Positions 1 through 10,564 are shown, counted from the first letter of the stretch. The stretch is DNA of 64,000 bases from Reyranella massiliensis 521 (GCA_945860205.1 CAMARK010000002.1:19496-83495); one strand, 5' to 3'. The notes: generated from the letters alone by a model not told the origin. Translations and numbers: made by a program.

Positions 1-311
<311 letters not shown>

Positions 312-397
312 TTAAGGATGCCAACATGGCCCCCATTAGTGTGTGAAGACTGGCATGCGGAATTCCGTTTGAAAAGCGTCACTCCGCCTGAACAAAG

Positions 398-422
398 AAA
401 ACCCCGCCGAAACGGGGTTTTC
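398..422 (-). terminator. Rho-independent terminator downstream of takP paralog 2
   Basis: aaaaccccg-ccgaaa-cggggtttt inverted repeat with T-tracts on both sides, ~24 nt after the stop at 446. Confidence 0.8.
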
Positions 423-445
423 ACGTCTACACTTGCGGTTAATAC

Positions 446-1540
446 CTAGACCTTACCGGCACCATACATCCGGGCCATGAAGCCGTCGAAACCACCTTCC
501 GCAATGCGGGACCACAGAACCTGTTCGGACCGGTAGGGCTTCCAGCTTTCCCAGACTTTCTTGAACTTCGGATTCTTGGCCACGATCTCGTTGCAGAGTT
601 CGTTGGTCGCATTGAAGCAGGCTTCGAGCACCGCCGTCGGAAATGGCAGGAGCTTGACGCCACTGGCGACGAGCCGCCGTAGCGCCGCTGGGTTGCCATT
701 GTCGTACTTGGCCAACATCCAGAGCGTCACTTCGTTGGCCGCCACCTCGATCGCCTTCTGGTAGGCCGGCGGCAGCGAGTCCCATGACTTCTGGTTGATA
801 TAGGCCGTGCCCATGCCGGTACCTTCCCACCAGCCGGGGTAGTAGTAGAAAGGCGCGACCTTGTTGAAGCCGAGCTTCTCGTCGTCATAGGGCCCGACCC
901 ATTCGGCGGCGTCGATCGTGCCCTTTTCCAGGGCAGGATAGATATCGCCGCCCGGGATCTGCTGCGCGACCACGCCGAGCTTGCCCAGGATCTGGCCGGC
1001 GAAGCCGCCGACACGGAACTTGAGGCCCTTGAGGTCGTCGACCGTCTTGATCTCCTTGCGGTACCAGCCGCCCATTTGCGCGCCGGTGCCGCCCATCATG
1101 TGACCGACGACGCCATAGTCCTTGTAGAACTCATCCATCGCCTGACGGCCGCCGCCGTGCATCCACCACGCGACGTGCTGGCGGCTGTTCAGCCCGAACG
1201 GCACGGCGGTGTCGAAGGTGAAGGTGATGTCCTTGCCGATGTAGTAGTACGCGGCGGTCTGTCCGATCTCGACCGTGCCGTTCTGGCAAGCATCGAGGAC
1301 CTGGAAGCCCGGGACGATTTCACCCGACGCGAAGGGCGTGATCTTGAACTTGCCGTCGGTGATCTCGCTCACGCGCCGGCAGAAATGCTCGGCGCCGCCG
1401 AAGAGCGTGTCGAGCGACTTGGGGAAACTCGACGTCAGACGCCACTTCAGTTCCGGCAGGCCCTGCGCGAGAGCCGGCGCCGCCACTGTCGTGGCAGCAG
1501 CGCCCACACCGGCAGTCTTCAGGAAGTTACGACGTTGCAT
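446..1540 (-). CDS. TRAP transporter substrate-binding protein (TakP/DctP family), paralog 2
   Basis: MQRRNFLK Tat signal; SFPKSLD, GEIVP, GWYRKEI, KFRVGG (conserved carboxylate-binding Arg), IYPALEKGTIDAAEWVGPYDD, YYYPGWWEG motifs. Confidence 0.93.
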   Translation of the reverse strand: MQRRNFLKTAGVGAAATTVAAPALAQGLPELKWRLTSSFPKSLDTLFGGAEHFCRRVSEITDGKFKITPFASGEIVPGFQVLDACQNGTVEIGQTAAYYYIGKDITFTFDTAVPFGLNSRQHVAWWMHGGGRQAMDEFYKDYGVVGHMMGGTGAQMGGWYRKEIKTVDDLKGLKFRVGGFAGQILGKLGVVAQQIPGGDIYPALEKGTIDAAEWVGPYDDEKLGFNKVAPFYYYPGWWEGTGMGTAYINQKSWDSLPPAYQKAIEVAANEVTLWMLAKYDNGNPAALRRLVASGVKLLPFPTAVLEACFNATNELCNEIVAKNPKFKKVWESWKPYRSEQVLWSRIAEGGFDGFMARMYGAGKV

Positions 1541-1599
1541 GTTTGATCCTCCCAGATCATTTTGCTTGTCGGCTTTTGATTCCGATCAGCAGAATCAGC
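1541..1599 (-). repeat. Copy A of a ~60-nt direct repeat forming the 5' leader/RBS of takP paralog 2
   Basis: Matches 2798-2857 except for about 1 indel and 2 substitutions. Confidence 0.9.
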
Positions 1600-1640
1600 C
1601 TGACACGGGAAGCCCTCGATTGAAAAGACCGGGACAAAGA

Positions 1641-1666
1641 AAAAGCCCTGCCGAAGCAGGGCTTTT
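1641..1666 (-). terminator. Rho-independent terminator downstream of takP paralog 3
   Basis: aaaagccctgc-cgaa-gcagggctttt; on the minus strand an 11-bp stem with a UUCG loop followed by UUUUUCUUU. Confidence 0.85.
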
Positions 1667-1690
1667 CCACTCAGTATGCCGGATAAGGGG

Positions 1691-2797
1691 TTAGAGCTTG
1701 TTGGCTGCCGACATGCGGGCCATGAAGGTGTCGAATGAACCCTCGGCCACGCGGAACCAAAGGACCTCCTCGTTCCGGAACGGCCGCCAATTGTCATAGA
1801 CCTTCTTGAATTTCGGGCTCTTCGTCGACAGCTCGGCATAGAGCTCGGTCGAGGCGTTGAACGCGGCCTCCATGAGCGGCGTCGGCCATTGCACCAGCTT
1901 GGTGCCGCCCGCCACCAGTTCGCGCAACGCCTTGGGATTTTCGGCGTCGTACTTGGACACCATCCAGGTCTGGGCGTAGGCCGAGGCCGCCTCGACGATG
2001 CGCTTGTAGTTCGCTGGCAGCTCGTTCCACTTGTTGAGACCGATCAGCGCCGTGGTCTGCGGCCCGCCTTCCCACCAGCCGGGATACATGTAGTACGGCG
2101 CGATCTTGTTGAAGCCGAGCTTTTGGTCGTCATAGGGACCGACCCATTCGGCGGCGTCGATCGTGCCCTTCTCGAGCGCCGGATAGATGTCGCCACCGGC
2201 GATCTGCTGGGGAACGCAACCAAGCTTGGCGGCGACTAGGCCGGCGATGCCGGCGATGCGGAACTTGAGCCCCTTCAGGTCGTCCATCGTCTTGATTTCC
2301 TTGCGGAACCAGCCGCCCATCTGGGCGCCGGTGTTGCCGCACGGCAGGTTGTAGCAGTTGTACTCCTTGTAGAGATCGTTCAGCAGCTCCTTGCCGCCGC
2401 CCCAGCGGATCCACGCTTCCTGCTGGCGCGCGTTGGTGCCGAACGGCAGCGCCGTGTCGATGGCGAGCGCCGGCTCCTTGCCGAAATAGTAGGTGCCGGC
2501 CGTGTGCCCCATCTCGACGGTGCCGTTCTGCACGGCGTCGAGCACCTGCAGGCCCGGCACGATCTCGCCGGAGGCGAAGACACGAATCTGGAACCTGTTG
2601 TCCGTCATCTCTTGGATGTATTTGGCAAAGATCTCGCCCGCGCCATAGAGCGTGTCGAGAGACTTGGGAAAGCTCGATGCCAGGCGCCACTTGAGTTCAG
2701 GCATCGATTGCGCGATCGCCGGAGCGGCGAGCGTACTGGCGGCGACGACCGCGCCGCCACCGATACCGGCTGTGCGCAGGAATTTACGACGTTGCAT
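1691..2797 (-). CDS. TRAP transporter substrate-binding protein (TakP/DctP family), paralog 3
   Basis: Start moved from 2872 to ATG 2797 (MQRRKFLR, RBS GGGAGG); same TakP motifs (KFRIAG, EWVGPYDD, YPGWWEG). Confidence 0.93.
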   Translation of the reverse strand: MQRRKFLRTAGIGGGAVVAASTLAAPAIAQSMPELKWRLASSFPKSLDTLYGAGEIFAKYIQEMTDNRFQIRVFASGEIVPGLQVLDAVQNGTVEMGHTAGTYYFGKEPALAIDTALPFGTNARQQEAWIRWGGGKELLNDLYKEYNCYNLPCGNTGAQMGGWFRKEIKTMDDLKGLKFRIAGIAGLVAAKLGCVPQQIAGGDIYPALEKGTIDAAEWVGPYDDQKLGFNKIAPYYMYPGWWEGGPQTTALIGLNKWNELPANYKRIVEAASAYAQTWMVSKYDAENPKALRELVAGGTKLVQWPTPLMEAAFNASTELYAELSTKSPKFKKVYDNWRPFRNEEVLWFRVAEGSFDTFMARMSAANKL

Positions 2798-2857
2798 GTT
2801 TGATCCTCCCAGATCATTTTTGTCTGTCGGCTTTTGATTCCGATCAGCAGAATCAGC
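2798..2857 (-). repeat. Copy B of the ~60-nt leader repeat, upstream of takP paralog 3
   Basis: Near-identical to 1541-1599. Confidence 0.9.
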
Positions 2858-2898
2858 GTGCCACTCCAGCACGGGTTTGCAAAGGGTCCGGCCAAAGA

Positions 2899-2924
2899 AA
2901 AAGCCCCGCCGAAGCGGGGCTTTT
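2899..2924 (-). terminator. Rho-independent terminator downstream of takP paralog 4
   Basis: aaaagccccgc-cgaa-gcggggctttt; UUCG loop and U-tract on the minus strand. Confidence 0.85.
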
Positions 2925-2950
2925 CCATCGAATGCACTGGGTATGAGGCC

Positions 2951-4057
2951 CTAAAGCTTGTTGCCCGCCGACTGGCGCGCCATGAAATTGTCGAACGTGT
3001 TCTCGGCAACACGGAACCACAGGACCTCTTCCGCGCGAAACTGCTTCCACTGGTCGAAGATCTTCTTGAACTTGGGGTTCTTGGCCGAGGTCTCGGCATA
3101 GAGGGTGTTGGCCGACGCGAGGGAGGCCTCCATGACCGCCTGCGGGAAAGGCATCAGCTTGGTGCCTGCCGCAATCAGTTCGCGCAATGCCTTGGGATTC
3201 TGCGCATCGTACTTGGCGATCATCTGGGTGTGCGCCTTGGCAGACGCCGCCTCGATCACGGCCTGGTAGGCCTTCGGCAGTTCGTTCCACTTCGCGAGAT
3301 TGATGAAGTTGGAGAGCTGAGGGCCGCCTTCCCACCAGCCCGGGTAGTAGTAGAACTGCGCCACCTTGTTGAAGCCGAGTTTCTGGTCGTCGTACGGACC
3401 GACCCATTCCGCCGCGTCGATCGTGCCCTTCTCCAGCGCCGGATAGATTTCTCCGCCGGCGATCTGCTGCGACACGAGGCCGAGCGGGGCGAGCACCTGG
3501 CCGGCGAAACCGCCGATGCGCATCTTGAGCCCCTTAAGATCATCGACCGTCTTGATCTCCTTGCGGAACCAACCGCCCATCTGGCAGCCGGTGTTGCCGC
3601 AGGGCACGCTGTAGATGTTGTAGTCCTTGTAGAACTCATTGACCAAGTCGCGCCCGCCGCCCCAATTCATCCAGGCGTCCTGCTGGCGGGCGTTGAGACC
3701 GAACGGAATCGCCGTGTCGAACGCGAAGGTCGGATCCTTACCGATGTAATAGTAAGAAGCGGTGTGCCCCATCTCGACAGTGCCGTTTTGCACGGCGTCG
3801 GCCACCTGCAGACCCGGAACGATCTCGCCGCTGGCGAAGACGCGGATCTGGAACTTGTTGTCCGTCATGTCGGCGCAGTACTTCGAGAAAGTTTCGGCGG
3901 CGCCGAACAGCGTGTCGAGCGACTTCGGAAAACTCGACGCGAGGCGCCACTTGATCTCCGGCATCGACTGGGCGATGGCCGGCGCGGCAAGCGTGCCGGC
4001 GGTGACGACAGCAGCACTACCGACACCGGCGGTGCGCAGGAATTTGCGACGTTGCAT
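2951..4057 (-). CDS. TRAP transporter substrate-binding protein (TakP/DctP family), paralog 4
   Basis: MQRRKFLR Tat signal; KMRIGG, EWVGPYDD and YYYPGWWEGG motifs. Confidence 0.93.
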   Translation of the reverse strand: MQRRKFLRTAGVGSAAVVTAGTLAAPAIAQSMPEIKWRLASSFPKSLDTLFGAAETFSKYCADMTDNKFQIRVFASGEIVPGLQVADAVQNGTVEMGHTASYYYIGKDPTFAFDTAIPFGLNARQQDAWMNWGGGRDLVNEFYKDYNIYSVPCGNTGCQMGGWFRKEIKTVDDLKGLKMRIGGFAGQVLAPLGLVSQQIAGGEIYPALEKGTIDAAEWVGPYDDQKLGFNKVAQFYYYPGWWEGGPQLSNFINLAKWNELPKAYQAVIEAASAKAHTQMIAKYDAQNPKALRELIAAGTKLMPFPQAVMEASLASANTLYAETSAKNPKFKKIFDQWKQFRAEEVLWFRVAENTFDNFMARQSAGNKL

Positions 4058-4169
4058 TGGAGTTTCTCCCTATAGACCTTGATTGTGAGGCACGTTCCGC
4101 CACGCGAACGAGTGAGGATGACGGGTTTATCGCATGCTCTACTGAGGATGGAAAGCGCGTCCCAAAGCC

Positions 4170-4976
4170 TCAGCGCAGCAGCAAAAATGCCAGCGCGAGC
4201 CCGCCCACGACGATGCGGTACCAGGCGAAAATCGCGAAGCCGTGACGGCTGATGAAGCGCACAAAAGCCCCGACCACGACGGCGGCAGTAATGAACGCTG
4301 CTACGAACCCCAGGGCGATCACCGCGCCATGGTCCCAGCTCAGAACCGACCAGTTCTTGTAGAGATCGTAGACGCTTGCACCGATCATCGTCGGAATGGC
4401 GAGAAAGAACGAGAACTCGGCCGCGGCCGCCCGGTCGACGCGAAAGACGCGCGCGCCCATGATCGTCGCGCCAGCACGCGACACGCCCGGCACCATGGCG
4501 AGGCACTGGCAGAGGCCGATCAGGAAGGCCGTCTTGAGATCGACCTCGTCGACCGTCTTCATGCGCGGTCTCTGCGCGAAGCGTTCGATCACCAGAATGG
4601 CGATCCCTCCCACGATCAGTGCGACCGCAACGACCCATGGATTGAACAGGACCGTCTTGATGTACTTGTGGGCCGCCACGCCGACGATGGCTGCCGGCAG
4701 GAAAGCCACGATGATCGTCGCCGCAAATCGCAGCGCGGGCTTTTCACGTCGCACGACGCCGGCTGCCGTGGTCCAGAGCTTCTGGCGGTAGAGAAAACAC
4801 ACAGCGAGAATGGCGCCGAGCTGGATCACGATCTCGAAGACTTTGCCGGGCGGCCCCTGGAACTGCAGCAGCTCTTCCGCAAGGATGATGTGTCCGGTCG
4901 AGGACACCGGCAGGAATTCGGTGAGGCCCTCGACGACGCCGATCAGCACCGTTTTCCAGATCAGCGTCAGGTCCAT
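4170..4976 (-). CDS. uppP: Undecaprenyl-diphosphate phosphatase (BacA/UppP)
   Basis: VEGLTEFLPVSSTGH and PGVSRAGATI motifs; hydrophobic; ATG at 4976 preferred over 4985. Confidence 0.95.
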   Translation of the reverse strand: MDLTLIWKTVLIGVVEGLTEFLPVSSTGHIILAEELLQFQGPPGKVFEIVIQLGAILAVCFLYRQKLWTTAAGVVRREKPALRFAATIIVAFLPAAIVGVAAHKYIKTVLFNPWVVAVALIVGGIAILVIERFAQRPRMKTVDEVDLKTAFLIGLCQCLAMVPGVSRAGATIMGARVFRVDRAAAAEFSFFLAIPTMIGASVYDLYKNWSVLSWDHGAVIALGFVAAFITAAVVVGAFVRFISRHGFAIFAWYRIVVGGLALAFLLLR

Positions 4977-4981
4977 GCCCG

Positions 4982-7222
4982 TCAATCCTTGAATCGTTTG
5001 GCGCGCGGCCAGCCCTTTTCCGGCAAACGGCCGGCCTGCGCACGTTCGCCACGCCAGAATTTCAGCTCGCCCGCCGGAATCAGGCGGTTGCCCCAGGGCA
5101 GACCGTCACCCAGCTTGAAGGCCTGCGCATCGGAAAGCCGGTCGGCCTTCGACTTCTGCAGCAGGACGCCGCGGCCGCGGCCCATCTCCGGCACCTGGTC
5201 CAATGGGAAGATCAGGAGCTTCCGACCCTCGCTCAGGACGGCAACCGCGTCGGCGCTCTCGGGCAGGATCGAAAACGCCACTGCCTTCTCCTTGTCGGAG
5301 AGATTGAGCGCCTGCTTGCCGTTCTTGGTCTGCGCGACGACGTCGTCCTCCGGCACCACGAAGCCGCGACCGGCATCCGAGGCAATCAGGAACTTGCGCC
5401 CGCCCTTGAACACTTCGAGCTGCACGATGTCGTGCTCGTTGCCGAGTTCGACCATCAACCGGATCGGCTCGCCGTGGCCGCGCGCACTCGGGAGCTTGTC
5501 GCAGGGCAACGTGTAGAACCGGCCATTGGTACCGAACACCAGCACCTTGTCGGTCGATTGGGCGTGGACTGCGAAGCGCGGACCATCACCCTCCTTGAAC
5601 TTGAGATCGGCCGCCTGCTTGTCGTCGAGATGTCCCTTGGCGGCGCGAATCCAGCCCTTGTCCGAACAGACGACCGTGATCGGCTCGCGCTCAACGAAGT
5701 CTTCCACGGCATGCTCGAGCTCGGCCGGCGCGTCGGCGAGCTCGGTGCGGCGCTTGCCGAGCTTGGTCTTGCCGCCGAACTTGCGCTTGGTCTCCTGGAC
5801 CTCGGTGGCGATCGCCTGCCACTGCAGATCCTCGCTCTTGAGCAGCGCCTTCAACTCCTTGCGCTCGGCGGAGAGCTTCTTGTGCTCGCCCTTGATCTCG
5901 AATTCCTCGAGCCGGCGCAGCGCCCGCAGGCGCATGTTGAGGATCGCCTCGGCCTGGGTGTCGGCGAGCCCGAAGGCCTTGATCATCTTGGGCTTGGGTT
6001 CGTCCTCCTCGCGGATGATCTTGATCAGCCTGTCGAGGTTGAGATAGGCGATCAGGTAACCTTCGAGAATCTCCAACCGTCGCTCGATCGCGTCGAGCCG
6101 GAAGGTCGAACGCCGTATCAGCACTTCGCGACGGTGATCGAGGAAGGCCTGCAGGGCCTCGCGCAGGTCCATGACCCGCGGTGTGTTGTCCTTGTCGAGG
6201 ACGTTGAGGTTCAGCGGGAAACGGATTTCCAGGTCGGTGAGCCTGAAGAGCTGCTCCATCAGGAGCTCGGCCGGCACGTTGCCGGTCCGCGGCTCGAGCA
6301 CGATCCGCACGTCGTCGGCCGATTCGTCGCGCACGTCGTCGAGGATCGGCAGCTTCTTGGCGTTGATGATCTCGGCGATGCGCTCGATCAGCCGGCCCTT
6401 CTGGACCTGGTAGGGAATCTCGGTGACGATGATCCGGTACTGGCCGCGCGGCAGCTGCTCGGCCGTCCAGCGCGCGCGCAGGCGAAAGGCGCCGCGGCCG
6501 GTCTTGTAGGACTCGACGATCGATTCACGCGGCTCGACCAGCACGCCGCCGGTCGGGAAGTCCGGTCCCTTCACCAGGTCGACCAGCGTGTCGATGCGGG
6601 CATTCGGCGTCTTGATGAGATGCAACAGAGCGTCGCAAAGCTCGCCGGCATTGTGCGGCGGAATCGAGCAGGCCATGCCGACGGCGATGCCGGCCGCTCC
6701 ATTGGCCAGCAGGTTGGGGAAGCCGCCCGGCAACACCGCCGGCTCCTCGGTGGAACCATCGTAGTTGGGGCGGAAATCGACCGCGTTCTCATCGATACCG
6801 GAAAGGAGCGCCTCGGCCACTTCCGTGAGGCGCGCCTCGGTATAGCGCATCGCGGCCGGGTTATCGCCGTCGATATTGCCGAAGTTGCCCTGGCCCTCGA
6901 TCAGCGGATAGCGGGCGGCGAAGTCCTGGGCCAGGCGCACGAGCGCGTCATAGATCGACTGGTCACCGTGCGGGTGATACTGGCCGATCACGTCGCCGAC
7001 GACGCGGGCGCTCTTCTTGAAGGCGCTGTTGGGGTCGAGCCTGAGTTGCCGCATGGCGTACATCAGGCGGCGATGCACCGGCTTCAGGCCGTCGCGCACG
7101 TCGGGCAGCGAGCGCGCCATGATGGTCGACAGCGCATAGGACAGGTAGCGCTCCTGGAGCGCCTGTCCGAATTGCACCGGCTTGACCGCGGCGAGTGGGA
7201 CGACGTTGCTGCGTTTTGCCAT
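4982..7222 (-). CDS. parC: DNA topoisomerase IV subunit A
   Basis: [52 protein letters not shown] (catalytic Tyr); 746 aa with a ParC-length C-terminal domain. Confidence 0.95.
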   Translation of the reverse strand: MAKRSNVVPLAAVKPVQFGQALQERYLSYALSTIMARSLPDVRDGLKPVHRRLMYAMRQLRLDPNSAFKKSARVVGDVIGQYHPHGDQSIYDALVRLAQDFAARYPLIEGQGNFGNIDGDNPAAMRYTEARLTEVAEALLSGIDENAVDFRPNYDGSTEEPAVLPGGFPNLLANGAAGIAVGMACSIPPHNAGELCDALLHLIKTPNARIDTLVDLVKGPDFPTGGVLVEPRESIVESYKTGRGAFRLRARWTAEQLPRGQYRIIVTEIPYQVQKGRLIERIAEIINAKKLPILDDVRDESADDVRIVLEPRTGNVPAELLMEQLFRLTDLEIRFPLNLNVLDKDNTPRVMDLREALQAFLDHRREVLIRRSTFRLDAIERRLEILEGYLIAYLNLDRLIKIIREEDEPKPKMIKAFGLADTQAEAILNMRLRALRRLEEFEIKGEHKKLSAERKELKALLKSEDLQWQAIATEVQETKRKFGGKTKLGKRRTELADAPAELEHAVEDFVEREPITVVCSDKGWIRAAKGHLDDKQAADLKFKEGDGPRFAVHAQSTDKVLVFGTNGRFYTLPCDKLPSARGHGEPIRLMVELGNEHDIVQLEVFKGGRKFLIASDAGRGFVVPEDDVVAQTKNGKQALNLSDKEKAVAFSILPESADAVAVLSEGRKLLIFPLDQVPEMGRGRGVLLQKSKADRLSDAQAFKLGDGLPWGNRLIPAGELKFWRGERAQAGRLPEKGWPRAKRFKD

Positions 7223-7275
7223 CGACGGGACTTGAGAGGGGACCGACCGCGATTCGAGCCGCGGCCATTGTTATT

Positions 7276-7992
7276 CTAGCGCTGGAGCGTTTCCATAAAT
7301 CTCGCCCGCGCGGGAGGCAAGGGCTTGTTGTGTGGCCAGAAAACGTGCCTTTCGAGGAAATAGCCCGTCAAATCGAGGCCCAGACGCAATTGCTCGTCAT
7401 CGGACGGTAATCCGCCGGTGGACAAAAACCCCGGCAGCACCAGCAGCTTTTCCTTGTAGGGACCCGCCGCCGCCCGCGACACCGCCCGGCCGGTTTTGGG
7501 AGAGACATAAGCCAGATCCGCCGTGGTTCCCGTCGCGGCGCATTTCTCGAGATCGAGCCCGAACCCCAGTTCCTGCAGCAGGCCCAGTTCCAGCCTTACA
7601 TAGATCGCGGGCCAGCCGGGATGACCGAGCGCGCCCAGAAAGGCACGGAAACCGTCGAACATCGCCGGATGCGGCTCGCGCTCGGGCAGTGCCGAATCCG
7701 CCACCGCGCAGGCCGCAGAAAGGCCGGCCAACTCTGCCGCATCGTCGAGGGCGCGGGCAGCATGCGGCTCGCGCAACTCGCCGGTGTAGTTGCCGAGTTG
7801 ATCCGATAGACGGGCGCGCCAGCCGATTTCGACGACATTGCCTGATTGCCAGACCGGACTCGCGCGTCGCGAACCGCCGCCCGGCACGAAGCCCGCATGG
7901 CGGCCATGCTCCCGGGTCAGGAGCGACACGATGAGACCGCTTTCACCATGGGGCCGTGCCGACAGCACGATGCCTTCATCGCTCCAGTCCAT
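7276..7992 (-). CDS. recO: DNA repair protein RecO
   Basis: MDWSDEGIVLSARPHGE N-terminus, GFGLDLEKCAATG, YVSPKTGRAVS; follows era. Confidence 0.95.
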   Translation of the reverse strand: MDWSDEGIVLSARPHGESGLIVSLLTREHGRHAGFVPGGGSRRASPVWQSGNVVEIGWRARLSDQLGNYTGELREPHAARALDDAAELAGLSAACAVADSALPEREPHPAMFDGFRAFLGALGHPGWPAIYVRLELGLLQELGFGLDLEKCAATGTTADLAYVSPKTGRAVSRAAAGPYKEKLLVLPGFLSTGGLPSDDEQLRLGLDLTGYFLERHVFWPHNKPLPPARARFMETLQR

Positions 7993-8010
7993 GTCTCGGG
8001 TATGCCCGCG

Positions 8011-8934
8011 CTAGGGCTCGTAGTCGAGCCCGATGGTTCGGTAATGGGACGGATCGTCGGCCCAGCGCTCGCTCACCTTGACGTGCAGGAACAGGTGCAC
8101 CGGCCGCTCCAGCATCTCGGCGAGTTCGCGCCGGGCGCGGGCGCCGATCTGCTTGATGCGCGCACCGCCCTTGCCGAGGAAGATCGCGCGCTGGCCGTCG
8201 CGCTGCACATGGATCGTCTGCTCGATGCGGACGCTGCCGTCGGGACGATCCTCCCACTTCTCCGTCTCGACCGCCGCCTCATAGGGCAGTTCCTGATGAA
8301 GCTGCAGGAAGACCTGCTCGCGCGTGACCTCGGCCGCCAGCAGCCGCAGCGGCAGGTCGGCGGCCTGGTCCTCGGGGTAGAGAAACGGCCCTGCCGGCAG
8401 CAGCGCTGCCAGGGTCTTCAGGACGTCGTCCACGCCGTCGTTCTTGAGGGCGCTCACCATGAAGGTCCGCTCGAACGGCAACAGGGCGTTCAACTCGGAC
8501 GTCAGGGCCAGCAGGTTCTCGCGCGGCACGACATCGATCTTGTTGAGGATCACGAAGCGCGGCGCTCGTGATTCTTTCAGCCGTTCGATGATGGCGCGCG
8601 TCTCCTGGCCGATGCCGCGCTCGGCATCGACAACCAGCGCCACCAAGTCGGCGTCCTCGGCGCCGCGCCAGGCGGCGGCCACCATGGCCCGTTCCAGCCG
8701 GCGCTTGGCGACGCGGAAGATGCCGGGCGTATCGACCAGAATGGCTTGCGCACGGCCGCCGTCAGCGAGGTCCACCATGGCGATGCCGATCACGCGCATG
8801 CGCGTGGTCTGCACCTTGGGCGACACGATGCTCACCTTCGATCCGACCATGGCGTTGACGAGGGTCGACTTGCCGGCGTTGGGAGCGCCGACGATGGCGA
8901 CGAATCCTGCCCGGGTGTTCGGTGTCGTCATCAC
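8011..8934 (-). CDS. era: GTPase Era
   Basis: GAPNAGKST, DTPG, NKID and C-terminal KH domain (VTREQVFLQLHQELPY). Confidence 0.96.
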   Translation of the reverse strand: MMTTPNTRAGFVAIVGAPNAGKSTLVNAMVGSKVSIVSPKVQTTRMRVIGIAMVDLADGGRAQAILVDTPGIFRVAKRRLERAMVAAAWRGAEDADLVALVVDAERGIGQETRAIIERLKESRAPRFVILNKIDVVPRENLLALTSELNALLPFERTFMVSALKNDGVDDVLKTLAALLPAGPFLYPEDQAADLPLRLLAAEVTREQVFLQLHQELPYEAAVETEKWEDRPDGSVRIEQTIHVQRDGQRAIFLGKGGARIKQIGARARRELAEMLERPVHLFLHVKVSERWADDPSHYRTIGLDYEP

Positions 8935-9635
8935 TGGTTCAACCGTTCGAGAAGAGTGATCGCGGCCAGACGCTCAGCCTCGCGCTTGCTGCCGCCACGC
9001 GCCTGCGCGGGCTCATGCCCCTTGATCGCGACATCGACGACGAACAACGGCTCATGCGGCGGACCCTCGCGGCCGACTTCGCGATAGGCTGGCAGCGGCA
9101 GGCGCCGGGCCTGCGCCCATTCCTGCAGCGCCGTCTTGGGGTCACGCGGCGCCGCGGCCTGGCTGGTGAGCCGATCGCCCCACAGCCGCTCCACGCAGGC
9201 GGCCGATACGGCAAATCCGGCATCGAGAAAGACGGCACCGAGCAGGGCCTCCAGCGCATCGGCGAGAATGGTGGGCCGCACAACACCGCCCTGCCCGCGC
9301 TCCGATTCACCCAGCCGGATATCGGCCCCGAGTCCTATTGTCGTCGCGATTTCCACCAGCGTCTCGGCCCGCACGAGCGCTGCGTGCCGACGCGCCAGCT
9401 CGCCCTCGTGTTCCTGCGGGAAACGACGCAGCAGCAGATCGGCGACGGCAAGCGACAGCACGCGGTCGCCGAGGAACTCCAGCCGTTCGTTGCCATGGGG
9501 AAAGGCCGCCTTCAGATCGGACCGGCGATCGAGCGCACCGCGATGGGTGAGCGCCTCGGCCGCGAGCTCGGCGCGCCCGAAAGTGTGGCCGATCTTGCCG
9601 GCCAGGGCTGCTAGATCGACGTCGGTCGCGTTCAG
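8931..9635 (-). CDS. rnc: Ribonuclease III (start uncertain: CTG 9635, or ATG 9680 overlapping lepB)
   Basis: NERLEFLGDRVL signature, LADALEALLGAVFLD, and dsRBD (DPKTALQEWAQ...GPPHEP). Confidence 0.93.
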   Translation of the reverse strand: MNATDVDLAALAGKIGHTFGRAELAAEALTHRGALDRRSDLKAAFPHGNERLEFLGDRVLSLAVADLLLRRFPQEHEGELARRHAALVRAETLVEIATTIGLGADIRLGESERGQGGVVRPTILADALEALLGAVFLDAGFAVSAACVERLWGDRLTSQAAAPRDPKTALQEWAQARRLPLPAYREVGREGPPHEPLFVVDVAIKGHEPAQARGGSKREAERLAAITLLERLNQ

Positions 9636-10456
9636 TGGATCGCCATGAAGAAGCGATTGAAGCGGATGGCCTCCGGCCATTTCCACGGCTCCAACCAACC
9701 GGCGACACTCGGATCGTGCGAAAAGAAGATGAACTCGGCGCGTCCGACGAGATTTTCGGAGGGGACGTACCAGCCCAACTGGTCGCGATCGCGGGTCGAG
9801 CCGGCGAAATCGCGCAGCATCAGCCGCGTGCGACTGTCGAGCGAATCGTCACGATTGTCGCCCATGACGAAATAGCTGCCGGCGGGCACGAGGAACTCCG
9901 GCGTGTTGTCGGCCGGGCCATTGTCGTTGTACTCGAGCACCGTGTAGCGGCGGCCGTTCGGCAGCTGCTCGCTGTAGAGTGTGCCCTTCTGGTAGTGACC
10001 GTTGGTGCCTCTCACATAGTCGCCGATTCGCAGGCGCGGCACCGCCGTGCCGTTGATGTGGAGCACACCGGACACCATCTGGATACGGTCGCCCGGCATG
10101 CCGACGATACGCTTGATGTAGTCGGTGCGGTTCACGCCCTGACCCTGGTCGCCGGGATACTTGAACACGGCGACGTCGCCACGCTCGGGCGGGCTGCCGA
10201 AGACGCGGCCCGGAAACAGGCCCGCCGAGAACGGGAAGGAGTGCTTGCTGTAGCCGTAGGAATATTTCGAGACGAACAGATAGTCGCCAACCAACAGGGT
10301 CGGGATCATCGACCCGCTCGGAATGTTGAACGGCTCGATGGCGAAGGTGCGCACAACCAGCGCGATCAAGACGGCATAGACCACCGTGCGGATGGTTTCA
10401 CCCCAGCCGCCCGCCTTGTCCTGCCCGCGCTTCCGCCGCTCAGCCACGTCCGTCAT
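9632..10456 (-). CDS. lepB: Signal peptidase I
   Basis: IPSGSMIPTL (catalytic Ser), DYIKRIVG (catalytic Lys), FVMGDNRDDSLDSR. Confidence 0.96.
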   Translation of the reverse strand: MTDVAERRKRGQDKAGGWGETIRTVVYAVLIALVVRTFAIEPFNIPSGSMIPTLLVGDYLFVSKYSYGYSKHSFPFSAGLFPGRVFGSPPERGDVAVFKYPGDQGQGVNRTDYIKRIVGMPGDRIQMVSGVLHINGTAVPRLRIGDYVRGTNGHYQKGTLYSEQLPNGRRYTVLEYNDNGPADNTPEFLVPAGSYFVMGDNRDDSLDSRTRLMLRDFAGSTRDRDQLGWYVPSENLVGRAEFIFFSHDPSVAGWLEPWKWPEAIRFNRFFMAIH

Positions 10457-10564
10457 CGCCGTTCCAGTTCAAACGAGCCGGGCCTATAGCAGGGCCCGGA
10501 GCGCATGTCTCCCGCCTCGGCCGCGACATGGGAGCGTTGCAGTTTGACGAGCCTGAAAGCCATT

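Noticed and set aside
2845-2866. Sigma54-like TGGCACG upstream of takP paralog 3
   Set aside because: The -12 element reads TTCT rather than TTGC at the required spacing, and the matching position in the other leader lacks the -24 GG.
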